Part shown: piece after piece, positions 10,888 through 22,384 of the stretch
Numbering within the stretch: the first letter of the stretch is position 1
Layout: the number at the start of each line of letters is the position of its first letter
From: Somniosus microcephalus
Lineage: Eukaryota
Assembly: GCA_052327205.1 (NCBI GenBank)
Contig: CM126224.1
Span: forward strand, 28,892,001 to 28,956,000
Length of the DNA stretch: 64,000 nucleotides
Reading direction: 5' to 3'
The notes under the pieces: model-generated
Told to the model about the DNA's origin: nothing
What the model saw: the letters and a program-made list of their open reading frames with translations, nothing else
Database searches by the model: none
Made by a program: the position numbers and the translations under genes

Positions 10888-12225
10888 GTGAAAAAGGATA
10901 AGGTGACTGAACACCTCAAAAATTTTCAGTTGATCAGAGAGAGCCAGCATGGATTTGTGAAATGCAGGTCATGCCTGACAAACCTAATTGAATTTTTTGA
11001 GGCGGTGACTAAAGTAGTGGACAGGGGAATGTCTATGGATGTTATTTATATGGACTTCCAGAAGGCATTTGATAAAGTCCAACATAAGAGACCGTTAACT
11101 AAGGTAGAAGCCCATGAAATTGAAGGCAAATTATTGACCTGGTTAGGAAATTGGCTGAGCGGCAGGAGACAGAGAGTAGGGATAATGGGTAGGTACTCAA
11201 ATTGGCAGGAGCTGACTAGTGGTGTCCCACAGGGATCTGTGTTGGGGCCTCAACTATTCACAATATTTATTAATGACTTAGATGATGGCACGGAAAGTCA
11301 TATATCCAAATTTGCCGTTGACACAAAGATAGGTGGAATTGTAGGCAGTGGAGATGAAAGCATAAAATTACAAAGCGATATTGATAGGTGAAGTGAATGG
11401 GCAAAACTGTGTCAAATGGATTTCAGTGTAGGCAAATGTGAGGTCATCCACTTTGGATCTGAAAAGGATAGAACAGGGTACTTTTTAAATGGTAAAAAGC
11501 TAAAAACAGTGGAGGTCCAAAGAGACTTGAGGGTCCAGGTACATCGATCATTAAACCGTCATGAACAGGTACAGAAAATAATCAAAAAGGCTGATGGATG
11601 CTGGCCTTTATATCTAGCGGACTAGAGTACAAGGGGGTAGAAGTTAGGCTGCAGCTATACAAAACCCTGGTTAGACCACACCTGGAGTACTGTGAGCAGT
11701 TCTGGGTATCACACTTTAGGAAGGATATATTGGCCTTGGAGGGAGTGCAGCGTAGGTTTACCAGAATGATACCCAGACTTCAAGGGTTAAGTTATGAGGA
11801 GAGATTACATAAATTAGGGGTGTATTCCCTAGAATTTAGAAGGTTAAGGGGTGAACTGATCAAAGTTTTCAAGATATTAAGGGGAACAAATAGAGTAGAT
11901 AGAGAGAAACTATTTCCGCTGATTGGGGATTCTTGGACAGGGGGGCATAGTCTAAAAATTAGAGCCAGACCATTCAAGAGTGAAATTAGGAAACACTTCT
12001 ACACACAAAGGGTGGTAGAAGTTTGGAACTCTCTTCCACAAACGGCAATTGATGCTAGATCAATTGTTAATTTTAAATCTGAGATTGATAGCTTGTTAAC
12101 CAAAGGTATTAAGGATATGGGCCAAAGGCGAGTATATGGAGTTAGGTTGCAGATCAGCCATGATCTCATTGAATGGCGGAACAGGCTCGAAGGGCTGAAT
12201 GGTCTACTCCTGTTCCTGTGTTCCT
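10888..12225 (+). mobile_element. CR1 (HER1-like) LINE, 5'-truncated, RT to 3' tail
   Basis: ORFs 10888..11391, 11416..11625 and 11598..12227 are consecutive RT and C-terminal blocks; tail atcagccatgatctcattgaatggcgg...ctcctgttcctgtgttcct. Confidence 0.95.
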
Positions 12226-12639
12226 AACTTTTAGCGCATGTAAATATTTAGTCATTTATTACATTTTTTTTCATTTAGAATTTCATTGTCTTGCCCAATC
12301 AATTTTCCTCTTTAATTTCTCAGCTACAATCCTCCACCACTACTGTGCCTTATTCTGCTACATGAGAGGGTTGGGAAAATTCATGTCATCCCTCATGTAC
12401 TTATCACAAATTTTCCCTATCAGCTGTAGGAATGAATGCCATAAAAATTAGCATTGTGTGAAAATAGATTGATTTATGGTATCTTGCCTGCAGAGCAATG
12501 GTTGGATTTGCATTCAGAACTCCTTGTCATATTGATTCTGCGTACAGAAACGAAATACTGAAAGGCTGCCATTAGAACTGTCATGATTAGTACGTATCTT
12601 GTTTTGTAAAAAAAAACCTGAAGTTTTGGGATCATGACT

Positions 12640-12960
12640 GCTTCATAACCCCTTGATGGTTCAGCTTGCTAAGGCACTGAATAACTGGAGAAGGCTCAGC
12701 TATTCATTCTCTGATTCCTAGTCTATGCTGAGTCAGTTCATCTCAGTGGTAGTGTTGGAGTTGGTCTCAATGCCAGTGGGCTAACAAGGGGAAAACATTT
12801 CCATGGGTTCCTGATTGTTATGCAACACCCCAACTGAAAGTGCATATGTTTGAACAGGATCAGGCTTGACTATGAATCTGCCTCCACCTCTGACCTTCCC
12901 ATGCTGGTCACTATTTTAGCTCACATATAAGTGAGGTACCAGAAACATCTCCCAGCAAGC
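12640..12960 (+). mobile_element. Degenerate copy of a second SINE family (family B, see 59390-59800)
   Basis: gatggttcagc, tgctgagtcagttcatctcag, gttcctgattgttatgca, gctcacat...gtgaggtacc are collinear with the 59.4 kb copy. Confidence 0.6.
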
Positions 12961-13249
12961 AGTGACCAGCTTCAAAGGGAGAGATGGGGATGGAATTGGT
13001 TAAGAAAAAAACCAATTGCCTATTTTTGACCAGAAGATACATTGATGACTCATCATAAAGGATTATATTTTATTATTAATGCTCCAAAATGAACTGTTCT
13101 GCCCATTCTTGTAGTAACAGCTCCAATCCCTGGATGGTGTTGCATTAGCTGATCCCAGCTAAGGCAGCTATAGGAGAATTACAATTGACCTCGGTTAGGG
13201 GAGGGGGAAATTATGCCAGGAATCCTGCCTCTAATTGCTAAATGATATA

Positions 13250-13515
13250 AGTACAAGAAGGAGGTGTTATATGATGCTTTTAATGTAGAAAAATACCCCA
13301 AGACATCACAGTGGAGAAATAAAAATGGACAGATGCCAAACCTTAACTTTACCATATTTTTGTTGGGAAAGTTAGGAGAGGTGACTGAAAACTTGGTCAA
13401 AAAGATGTTTTTTAAGAAGGCTTTTAAAAGGAGAGAGGTCCAGGGAGTGGGGCTTGAGGGCTCTGCTACCAATTATGGGGAGAAGGGAGAGGATGCACAG
13501 AAGGCCAGAGATGGA
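13250..13515 (-). mobile_element. L2 3' tail fragment
   Basis: ttttaatgtagaaaaataccccaagacatcacag...ggtgactgaaaacttggtcaaa resembles the reverse complement of the L2 tail. Confidence 0.7.
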
Positions 13516-13524
13516 GAGCCATCA

Positions 13525-16420
13525 TCACCCCTCTCAGCCATCAATGACCCTCTCCACATCTCCCTCCAGAATGCCCGTTCACTTGGGAACAAGGCTCTTG
13601 CCATCCATGAGCTTATCGTGGATGATTGCATCAACATCATGGCCCTGACAGAAATCTGGTTGAGGGGTGATGACACCTTACCTTTAAATGAAGCCTCCCC
13701 GCCTGGCTATACCTTCCACCACTTGCCCCGCTCAGACCGCTGTGGTGGCGGTGTGGCTCTCATCACCAAATCACACTTTGGTCTGTCCCCCTATTCCTCC
13801 GGCACTTTCTCCTCCTTTCAGCAACTCGCCTTATTCCACCCCTCTCACCCCTCATTTAAAATTTTGTTCTCTACCGCCCACCCAAGCACCATAAAAATGT
13901 CACTACCGAGATATCCTCACTGCTTTCCTCCCTCAGCCTCTGCACTGAGCGACTTCTCACCCCCGGTGATTTCAACCTCAATCTCAATTCATCATGCTCT
14001 CTCACCTCTGAGTTCCCTAGCCTCCTATCACCCCTTAATCTCTCCCTCCATGTAAACTCCCCAACCATTTTCATGGTCACCCCCTTGTGGCCTCGCTACT
14101 CCCATCGTGTCAACTGCAGATGAAGCCATCTCTGACCACTTCCTTGTATCGCTCTCCACCCACATCACCTTTCCACCCCTCCAACCCCATTTCCTTCTGT
14201 GTCCGCCCCTGGAATAAACACTCTCCCAACTCTCTTACAACCGCATTTATGAAATCCCAACTGGCCAGCCTTTGGCCCTCAATTCACAACAACATTTCTG
14301 CAGCTACCGATCTGCTCAACCACACCCTCACCACCACCTTTGATGCCCTAGTCCCTATTAAAACAATTACACACTCTCACCCTGACCGGTCCCCTTGGTA
14401 CAGCCCTCATCTTTGCTCCCTTAAGTTCAAGGGACGCAGACTTGAACGGATATGGCGGACAACTGGTTTAACCATGCACCGCCAGATCTGGTTGGACCAC
14501 GTAAAGCATTATCGGGTCCTGCTCTCGTCTGCCAAAATTGCTCACTATTCCAGAATGATTCTGGAATACAAAGATAAACCCCGGCTTCTATTCTCCACTG
14601 CTAACTGTCTTCTTAAACCCCTCTCCCCTGTCTCCTCACCTCCGACAAAAAAGTGTGAGAAGCTCATGGACCTCTTTGTCTCTAAGATTGAGACCATCTG
14701 TTTAGCTGCCTCTGCCAGTTCCCTTCCTTCCGCTAGCCCACCGGGCCAAATTTCCTCTAAGGTTCCCCCCCTGCCCTAGCCCTGAATTTGCATCTTTCTC
14801 CAGTTTCTCTCCAATCTCCCCCATGACCTCTCCACGCTCATCTTGTCCATGAGACCCACTTCCTGCTCCCTCGACCCTATTCCCACCAAACTGCTGACCA
14901 CCCAACTTCCTTTTCTGGCTCCAATGTTAACGGTTCTCTCTCCTCGGGTACTGCCCCCTCTCTCTCAAATCTGCCGTCGTCACCCCTCTCCTCAAAAAAC
15001 CAACCCTTGATCCCTCCGTACTTGCAAACTACTGCCCCATCTCCAACCTCCCTTTCCTCTCAAGTCCTTGATCGTGTTGTCGCCTCCCAAATCCGTGCTC
15101 ATCTTTCCTGCAATTCCATGTTTGAATCCCTCCAATCAGGTTTCCATCCCTGCCACAGTACTGCAACGGCTCTCATCAAAGTCACAAATGACATCCTTTG
15201 AGACTGTGACAAAGGTAAACTATCCCGCCTCGTCCTTCTTGACTTGTCTGCAACGTTTGACACAGTCGACCACTCCATCCTTCTCCAACGCCTCTCCACC
15301 ATCGTCCAGCTGGGTGGGACTGCACTCGCCTGGCTCCATTCTTATCTATCTAATCGTAGCCAGAGAATTGCCTGCAATGGCTCCTCTTCCCGCTCCTGCA
15401 TCGTTACCTCTGGTGTCCCCCAAGAATCTATCCTTGGCCCCTTCCTATTTCTCATCTACATGCTGCCCCTTGGCGACATCATCCGAAAACACAGCATTAG
15501 TTTCCACATGTACGCTGATGACGCCCAGCTCTCGACCCCTCTACGGCCTCTAAATTGTCAGACTGCTTGTCCGACATCCAGTTCTGGATGAGCAGAAATT
15601 TTCTCCAATTAAATATTGGGAAGACCGAAGCCATTGTTTTCAGTCCCTGCCACAAACTCCGTTCCCTAGCCACTGACTCCATCCCTCTCCTAAACATCTG
15701 TCTGAGGCTGAACCGCACTGTTCGCAAACTTGGTGTCATATATGACCCTGTAATGAGCTTCTGACCACATATCCGCGTCATAACTAAGACCGCCTTTTTC
15801 CACCTCCGTAACATCGCCCGTCTCCGCCCTTGCCTCAGCTCATCTGCTGCTGAAACCTTCATCCATGCCTTTGTTACCTCTAGACTTGACTATTCCAATG
15901 CACTCCTGGCTGGCCTCCCACATTCTACCCTACGTAAACTTGAGGTCATCCAAAACTCGGCTGCCCGTATCCTAACTCGCACCAAGTCCCACCCATCACC
16001 CCTGTGCTCGCTGAACTACATTGGCTCCCGGTTAAGCAACGATTTCAAAATTCTTATCCTTGTTTTCAAATCCCTCCATGGCCTCGCCCCCTCCCTATCT
16101 CTGTAATCTCCTTCAGCGCCCCCCCCCCCCCCCCCCCGAGATATCTGCGCTCCTCTAATTCTGCCCTCTTGAGCATCCCTGATTACAATCACTCAACCAT
16201 TGGTGGCCGTGTCTTCTGTTGCCTAGGGTGTAAGCTCTGGTATTCCCTGCCTAAACCTTTCCTCCTTTAAGATGCTCCTTAAAACCTACCTGTTTGACCA
16301 AGCTTTTGGTCACCTGCCCTAATTTCTCCTTATGTGGCTCAGTGTCAAATTTTTTGTCTTGGGACGTTTTACTATGTTAAAGGCGCTATATAAATGCCAG
16401 TTGTTGTTGTTGTTGTTGTT
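13525..16420 (+). mobile_element. L2-clade LINE with near-complete but broken ORF2 (APE endonuclease and RT) and (GTT)n tail
   Basis: LQNARSL, MALTEIWL and GGGVAL (APE); QSGFHPCHST, LDLSATFDTVDH, SGVPQESILGP, YADD (RT); LHWLPVKQR; tail aggcgctatataaatgcca(gtt)n. Confidence 0.95.
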
Positions 16421-16695
16421 GAAGGGAGGGAGACCCCAGACTTTGTTACTTTAACAAAAATTGTGGGGAAGTTACTGGAGTTGATCATCAGAGAACGAGG
16501 GAGCAATTTTAACAAACAGACGGGATTGGGTGGAACGCTGGATTTACACGCCGCCCGATATTACTCTGCATTCACTGCAATAAATACCAGTTGTTGTTGA
16601 AGGATACAGGAAGAGATACAAGCCTGGAGGATTTTGTCACGATAGGTTGTGGCAAGGCTGTGGAGGGATTTGAAGAGAAGGAATTTATATTCAAT

Positions 16696-17474
16696 GGCCC
16701 GGAATTTGCGGTCGGGATAACGGCAAACTAGCAGCGTGCGCCATCGTTCCACCTTTGAAACTGACCGCAACTTTGGGATTTGGCACATGCATAAATCCTG
16801 AAGTTGCGATCTAGCATTGACAGCTCCGACACAGGCTGCGCCGTGCCCTCTCCCCACTGCACCCCACCCCCACCGAGCCGGCAATCTGTGTAATCACCCA
16901 AATCCGGGAAACTGACACAAACTTCGGCTCTTCCGCACTAAGTACGCTGTTAAATTCCCCCACTAAAAATTAGACCCGAAGGGATTAGGTGTAACTAGGG
17001 TTTTGACAGCGTTATTACTGCTAAACAAATGTTAAGGGCCTGGAAAACTAATTTTAATTTTCTGCAATGTGAAATTTGTCCATTTTAATAAAAATTCTAA
17101 TTATTAAACTTTAAAAAAAAAAAAAAAAAAAATGTTTTTAAGTTTGTCCATCTTTATTTCAGGTTTGTCTTTTCCCCATGTGAGAAAGCCAATCTTTGTT
17201 TTGCTCTAACATTTTTAAAAATTTAGAATTTTAAGAGCGTGCTCACTTCCTTGTTCGCTGTCTGTGAGAATTCTGCATTTCGATTGGCTGCTGAGACAGC
17301 TTGTTGACGTCACAGTTCGCACAAGGAAGGGGATCCCCACGATACTTTGTTGATTTGACTTGAATGTTGGAAAACCCCAAGCTCTCGACACGGATTGCAA
17401 GATCCTTGTGCGAAGCGTACTTCAGGGCCAGCGGCAAATGCCTTTGCTTCGCCGCTGACTGCAAATTTCGGGCC
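16696..17474. mobile_element. GGCCC-terminal MITE (PIF/Harbinger group)
   Basis: TIRs GGCCCGGAATTTGCGGTC and GACTGCAAATTTCGGGCC; flanks AAT and ATA (imperfect TSD). Confidence 0.85.
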
Positions 17475-17764
17475 ATAGTATTAAAGGACAGGCAGCGAGT
17501 GCATGGATGGGTGTAGTCAGCCTGTGGGACAGGATATGGATGGCTGAGTTTTGAACAAATTGAATTTTACTGAGGTAGGAGGCTAGCAAGGAAGACGAGA
17601 AATCAAATCTGGAGGTAACAAGAGTATGGACAAGGGTTTGGTAGCAGTGGGGGTGTAGAGGTAGAGGCAGGCAATATTACAGAGATGGAAATGAGCTGTC
17701 TTGGTGAGACAGGATGTGAGGTGTGAAATTCAACTCTGGGTAGAACAGGTTGCCAATAAAAATT

Positions 17765-18475
17765 TAAAAAATCAAATCAACTTTTATTGTCATTGTTAGT
17801 GCACAAGTGCAGTACAGCGAAATGTAGGCTTGCGGCTCCCGAGAGTGGACATTTAAACATTCAACATACATTTGGCTTGTAATACATTAACATAAACATA
17901 ACCATAATAAAGTGCATTGGCAGATGTGCAGGCTTTAGAGTTTATTTGTGGAGTTCAGTAGGATGACAGCCCTGGGAAAGAAGCTGTTCCAAAATCTGGT
18001 CGTACGGGTGCGAATGCATCTGTAGCATCTCCCAGATGGCAGGAGGGCAAACAGACTGTGGCTGGGGTGGGTAGGGTCTTTGATGATGGACCGTGACCTC
18101 CATAAACAGCGTTTCTGGTATATGTGCTCTATGGTCGGTAGCTGGGTGCCGGTAATGTGTTGGGCAGTTTTGACTACCCGCTGCAGGGCTTTCCGGTCAT
18201 AGTAGCTACAGCTGCCATACCATACTGTGGTACAGTTTGTCAGGATGCTCTCTATTGTGCAGCGGTAAAAGTTAGAGAGGATCAGGGGTGACAGGTTACA
18301 TCCCTTCAGCCTCCTTAGGAAATATAGGCGCTGCTGGGCCGCCTTCACCAGAGAGGAGGTATTGAGGGACCAGGAGAGGTCTTCCGTGATGTGGACTCCG
18401 AGGAACTTAAAGCTGTCCACCCTTTCCACCACAGCCCCATTGATGTGGATGGGGGTGTGACTTCCGCCTTTTGCA
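17765..18475 (-). mobile_element. Rex1/Babar LINE 3' fragment with open C-terminal ORF
   Basis: ORF 17935..18567: VERVDSFKFLGVHITEDLSWSLNT, AQQRLYFLRRLK, FYRCTIESILT, DRKALQRVV, DPTHPSHSLFALLPSGR. Minus-strand tail atgacaataaaagttgatttgat. Confidence 0.9.
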
Positions 18476-19962
18476 CGGCTTGATTCAGACTGAGTGAATG
18501 ACCAGAGCAACAGATGGAATCGGTGGCAAGAGAACGGAGCTTTTGATGGATGGGGGGGGGGAAGCAACAGCTTTGGTCTTTCCGTTGTTCAATTGGGGGA
18601 AATTTTCACTCATCCACAACCTAATGGCAGTCAGGCAGTTTGACAGCACAGAGGTGGTTGTGGGGCCAGGGAAGAGGTAAAGAGTTCGACCTGGGTGTTG
18701 CCAGAATACATGTGGATACCAAATGAAACCAGATTAGCCGAGACGCTTGCTGATTCCCTTGTCTGAATATTCTATTCATATTGATTGTCCAGACTCAACC
18801 ACTAAAGAATAGAATCATGGCGAGGAACCAAAAGGCAGCCGCTGTTCATGGCACTGCACAATATCTTGCGTTGCCATCATCAGTAGAAATGGTTATGAGA
18901 AAGGGGGAAAAAAATTATGATGTTCTTTGTCTGCCCTCCATATATAGACCTACTTAGGTTGTGTATTGTAATCCAGTGATGCCATAAAGCCAAAATAATA
19001 GTTGGTATTCCTTTTACTGACTGAAACAGCAATCTCTTAACATTGTCTTAACTATACCCTAACATTAGTGTAATATTCAAGGATGATGATACAATATTTC
19101 AAAAATAATCTCTCCTTTGATTTAGTGCTTGTAGAAGTTGCATTAAAATTTAATTTTTTTAACATTTTTTCAAACTACACTAAAATGTGTACATTCCAAT
19201 AACCTTCACATGCACTGTAAATAGGGCACATTGTCCCTTTATTAGCATTCTATTACTTATCCTGCTCTATTAATACAATTTATGGTATTTTTGCTAAATT
19301 TAGTGAAAGATTACGCTGCCTTTGCAGAAAACAGCCATGATCTTAGCCCATTAAAACATGCCCTCAAGCATCCAAACCATTTGTTAGTTCCTCCCTTTCC
19401 CCTCGTTGCAGAGACGAGGAGTTAATGATATTGTGTTTTCTATTAACAATCTCTCCTTCAGACAATTGCTTGCAACTTCAGTAACTGCCAAGTTCGTTAG
19501 TAGATTGCGGCAAGCTTCATCAAATGGTTTCCCTCACCAGGCAGTCCATTGAATCGTGGGATTGCTCCAGCTAACTTCAAAAGTTTCATCCTTTTCACTT
19601 TAGATTTTGTTGTCCTAGAAGTTTGTATCAAATTATAGTGTGTAGATATTTCAGCATTAAGTGGATTCCTTATAACTATTAGACTTGTTCTATGGAATTG
19701 AAGATGTGTTGTCTTTGCCATTTTTGATTTTAGTTTCACTGCCACAACTTGAGAAATCTGACAGATTTGAACATCATTTAACATTTAATTATAGTCAATT
19801 ATTGTTTGAATTTTTTTTAGTTCCATATTTTTAGTGACAATATTTGCAAGTGGGCAAAACTATGGCAGATAAAATTCAAGGTCTTAGACATTGGAGGAAA
19901 AACTGGGATCAGATGTAAGGAATAATGCTGAGACTGAAAGAGATCTGGGAGTGACAGTAGTA

Positions 19963-20314
19963 CAGGAAAAGTTCTGATATCCGGCACCGACGGGACCGGC
20001 GTGTTGCCGATCTCTCAAAAGTGCCGGACATGCAAAGTCAATGTTGAAGCATACGGAGATGAAAATCTCCTTATTTGACAACAAACACTGTTGCTCGACA
20101 ACAAACACTGTTGCTCAGCAACAGCTCGTAAACACTCGGCCCGTACCTTGGAGCGTCTCTGAAGCTGTTGCTAAGCTACAAAGACGATTTCCAGAGCCTG
20201 CCTGTTAACAGAATGCTAGGAGAAGAAAAAAAAACTAACTAAAACGGCTGCTGATTTCTGCCGTTAGAGCAAAGTTTCCGGCCATACAACCTCTGGATAA
20301 ACCAAAGTTTCCTG
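19963..20314. mobile_element. Tc1/mariner/pogo-type MITE with TA TSD, related to 6687-6984
   Basis: TA|CAGGAAAAGTTCTGATATCCGGCACC...CTGGATAAACCAAAGTTTCCTG|TA. Shares ccggcaccg.cgggaccggcgtg with the 6.7 kb element; internal 20-bp tandem repeat at ~20078-20125. Confidence 0.85.
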
Positions 20315-20465
20315 TATCAGCATGTCCAGTCATTGCAGAGCAGCAATTAACAAAGCAACTGGACTGGAGTAGAGTGCCAATTCAGTAGAGTATAAGTTTG
20401 AAGTAACAACAGAAAATGCTGGAAAAACTCAGCAGGCCAGGCAACATCTGTGGAGAGAGAAACAG

Positions 20466-20501
20466 AGTCAACGTTTCAGGTCGAAACCCTTTGTCAAGAC
20501 T
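20466..20501 (-). ncRNA. Minimal hammerhead ribozyme, U3:A8 compensatory core
   Basis: Minus strand AGUC-UUGACAA-AGG(GUUUCGA)CCU-GAAACGU-U-GACU. Confidence 0.75.
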
Positions 20502-20815
20502 GAAAAAGCACCGGAAATGAAACAGATTAAAAGGCCAGTTTGGGGGCTGGGAGTGAACAAGAGAGAAGTGAAGAGACATTAAGAGGTAAGGGAAACTGAA
20601 AGTAATGAAGATGAACAAAGTTGAAGAGCTAAACGGCGATCCCGTCGAAGAGAAGAGCAGAACTTCTTCAAGGTAGGCATTCCTAGAAGAGGTGTGGCAG
20701 TGAACCAAACACTAGTACGACAGCAAAATACTGCAGATGCTGGAAATCCAAAATAACAACAGAAAATGCCGGAAAAACTCAGCAGGCCAGGCAACATCCG
20801 TGGAGAGAGAAATAG

Positions 20816-20851
20816 AGTCAACGTTTCAGGTCGAAACCCTTTGCCAAGACT
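20816..20851 (-). ncRNA. Second minimal hammerhead copy (U3:A8 plus A6G)
   Basis: Minus strand AGUC-UUGGCAA-AGG(GUUUCGA)CCU-GAAACGU-U-GACU. Confidence 0.7.
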
Positions 20852-21429
20852 GAAAAAGCACAGGAAATGAAACAGATTAAAAGGCCAGTTTGAAGTCATC
20901 ATTGCTAACGCTATATAGTTCTCTGATCAGGTTGTATCATGAATACTGTGTTTAGTTCTAGTCACTGAGGCAGTAAGGCAACATCTGAGCATGAGAAGTG
21001 GTGCAGAGAAGGTTCAAGAAGCTGATACCTAATATTGGAGGACTAACTTATAAAGAAAGTTTAGGAAAACTTGTACTCGAACACTGAATGGCGATGAAGG
21101 AGAGGTGACCTAAGATATTAAAGATAAGATATAAACAGGTTAATGTTGAGCACTATTTCAGTTGACTGTTGGATAGGGGATTAGATACAAACTGGTAAAA
21201 GTTAAGTTCAGGACTGATGTCAAGAAGCACTTTTTAACACAAGGAGTAGTTAATATTGGAAGCGTCTTTCAGGTAGGGTAGTGGAGGCAGAAAGCCTGGA
21301 GTGATTCAAGGGGCAGTTAAACTCTGCTGGGGAGGAAATTGTAGGTTTCTGTTGAAGGAGGAGCTCGATGGGTCAAATGGGCTTCCCTCATTTGTACTTT
21401 GTTTCTGCTTATCAAGAAATGAGATGTTT

Positions 21430-21680
21430 TAGAATCATAGAATAGCACAGCAAAGAATGAGGCCATTCGGCCCATTGAGTCTGCGCAGGCTCTTTTGAAG
21501 AGCAATCCAGTTAGTTCCACTCTCCCGCTCTTTCACCCTTTTTCCCTGCAATGTTTCCTCCTTCAAGTATTTATCCAATTTCCCTTTGAAGGCTACGGTT
21601 GAATCTGTATCCACCACCCTATTAGGCAGTGCATTCCAAATTCTAAACACTCATTGCGTAAAAAGGTTTTCCCTCATGTC
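21430..21680 (-). mobile_element. CR1 3' end
   Basis: ORF 21435..21650 RIWNALPNRVVDTDS..AFKGKLDKYL; tail tagaatcatagaat on the + strand. Confidence 0.85.
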
Positions 21681-21785
21681 ACTAATTTTGCCTCATCAGT
21701 GCTGAAAAATGAAATACCTTTCCACTTTGAGCTTCTACTGTCGACATTTTGTACTCCCAGGCATAGCACAAACAGATTCGAGAAT

Positions 21786-21950
21786 GGGGTAGATTGTGAC
21801 TTTGTGCGATAGTATAAAACAGGGGATAGTGAATCAGCCGTCTGTTTTGCATCTCATTCAATTTTTATTTCTGTTGTCTTCAATGGAAATAAAAATCAGC
21901 CCAACCTTAGAACATCACCCCTTGCTGCATCAGTGTTAAATTTTCATTTA
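21786..21950. mobile_element. Decayed short palindromic MITE
   Basis: AAT|GGGGTAGA start; central hairpin atttttatttc-tgttgtcttcaatg-gaaataaaaat. Confidence 0.5.
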
Positions 21951-22384
21951 TCGTACCAGCCATCCATGTCGCCTGACTGAGCAAGTATCAATTTGTGTGG
22001 CCTACACCTGATGGGAATTGGCTGAGACTGCTGAAACTCATTTTAACTTCAAGGCTTCCAGAAAAAGTAGGGCATTTGCCTTACTAGCGGAGGGATGTGT
22101 ACAGACATTCAACAGATAAACTTGTAGCAGTGACTGCTGGAGCCATGTGAGCAGTGGGGAAATTGGTGCCAAAAATATGGTAAAGTTAAGGTGGATGTTC
22201 TGCAACAATGGAAGAATAGACTAATCTGTGAAACTGGAAATCAGAAATAAGAGGTAACAATGAAGTGATAATTGGAAAAAGAACTCCTGAACAACTGAAC
22301 GCATTTTTGTTTTAGTACATTCAATTTTGACTTCTTTATATAGTCACTTAGCTATCTTCTGCAGTCTGCTTCTGCAGTAAATAG

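Larger units (their letters stand above)
16590..18720 (-). mobile_element. Old L2 fragment split by a MITE (16696-17474) and a Rex1/Babar LINE (17765-18475)
   Basis: L2-like pieces at 16590-16695 (ggagggatttgaagag), 17480-17755 (ctgtcttggtgag...gatgtgagg) and 18480-18720 (gctttggtctttccgttgttcaattgg...catccac). Confidence 0.65.
20405..20886 (-). mobile_element. Non-autonomous Penelope-derived element with two pLTR/hammerhead repeats 350 bp apart and a 10-bp TSD
   Basis: Direct repeats 20405-20541 and 20755-20891 (about 5 differences); AGTTTGAAGT at 20395-20404 and 20887-20896; no RT or endonuclease coding. Confidence 0.85.
19840..21400 (+). mobile_element. Old CR1 3' half interrupted by a TA-MITE and a Penelope-derived element
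   Basis: gtgggcaaaactatggcagat, gagatctgggagtg, gtagagtataag, gaatactgtgtttagttct, aagcacttttt...caaggagtagtt and gagctcgatgggtcaaatgg are collinear with the CR1 at 11400-12225. Confidence 0.75.

Noticed and set aside
13264-14055. Longest ORF (263 aa) as a possible novel gene
   Set aside because: Chimeric read-through from an antisense L2 tail into the L2 APE endonuclease, frameshifted at its end; no splice or gene context.
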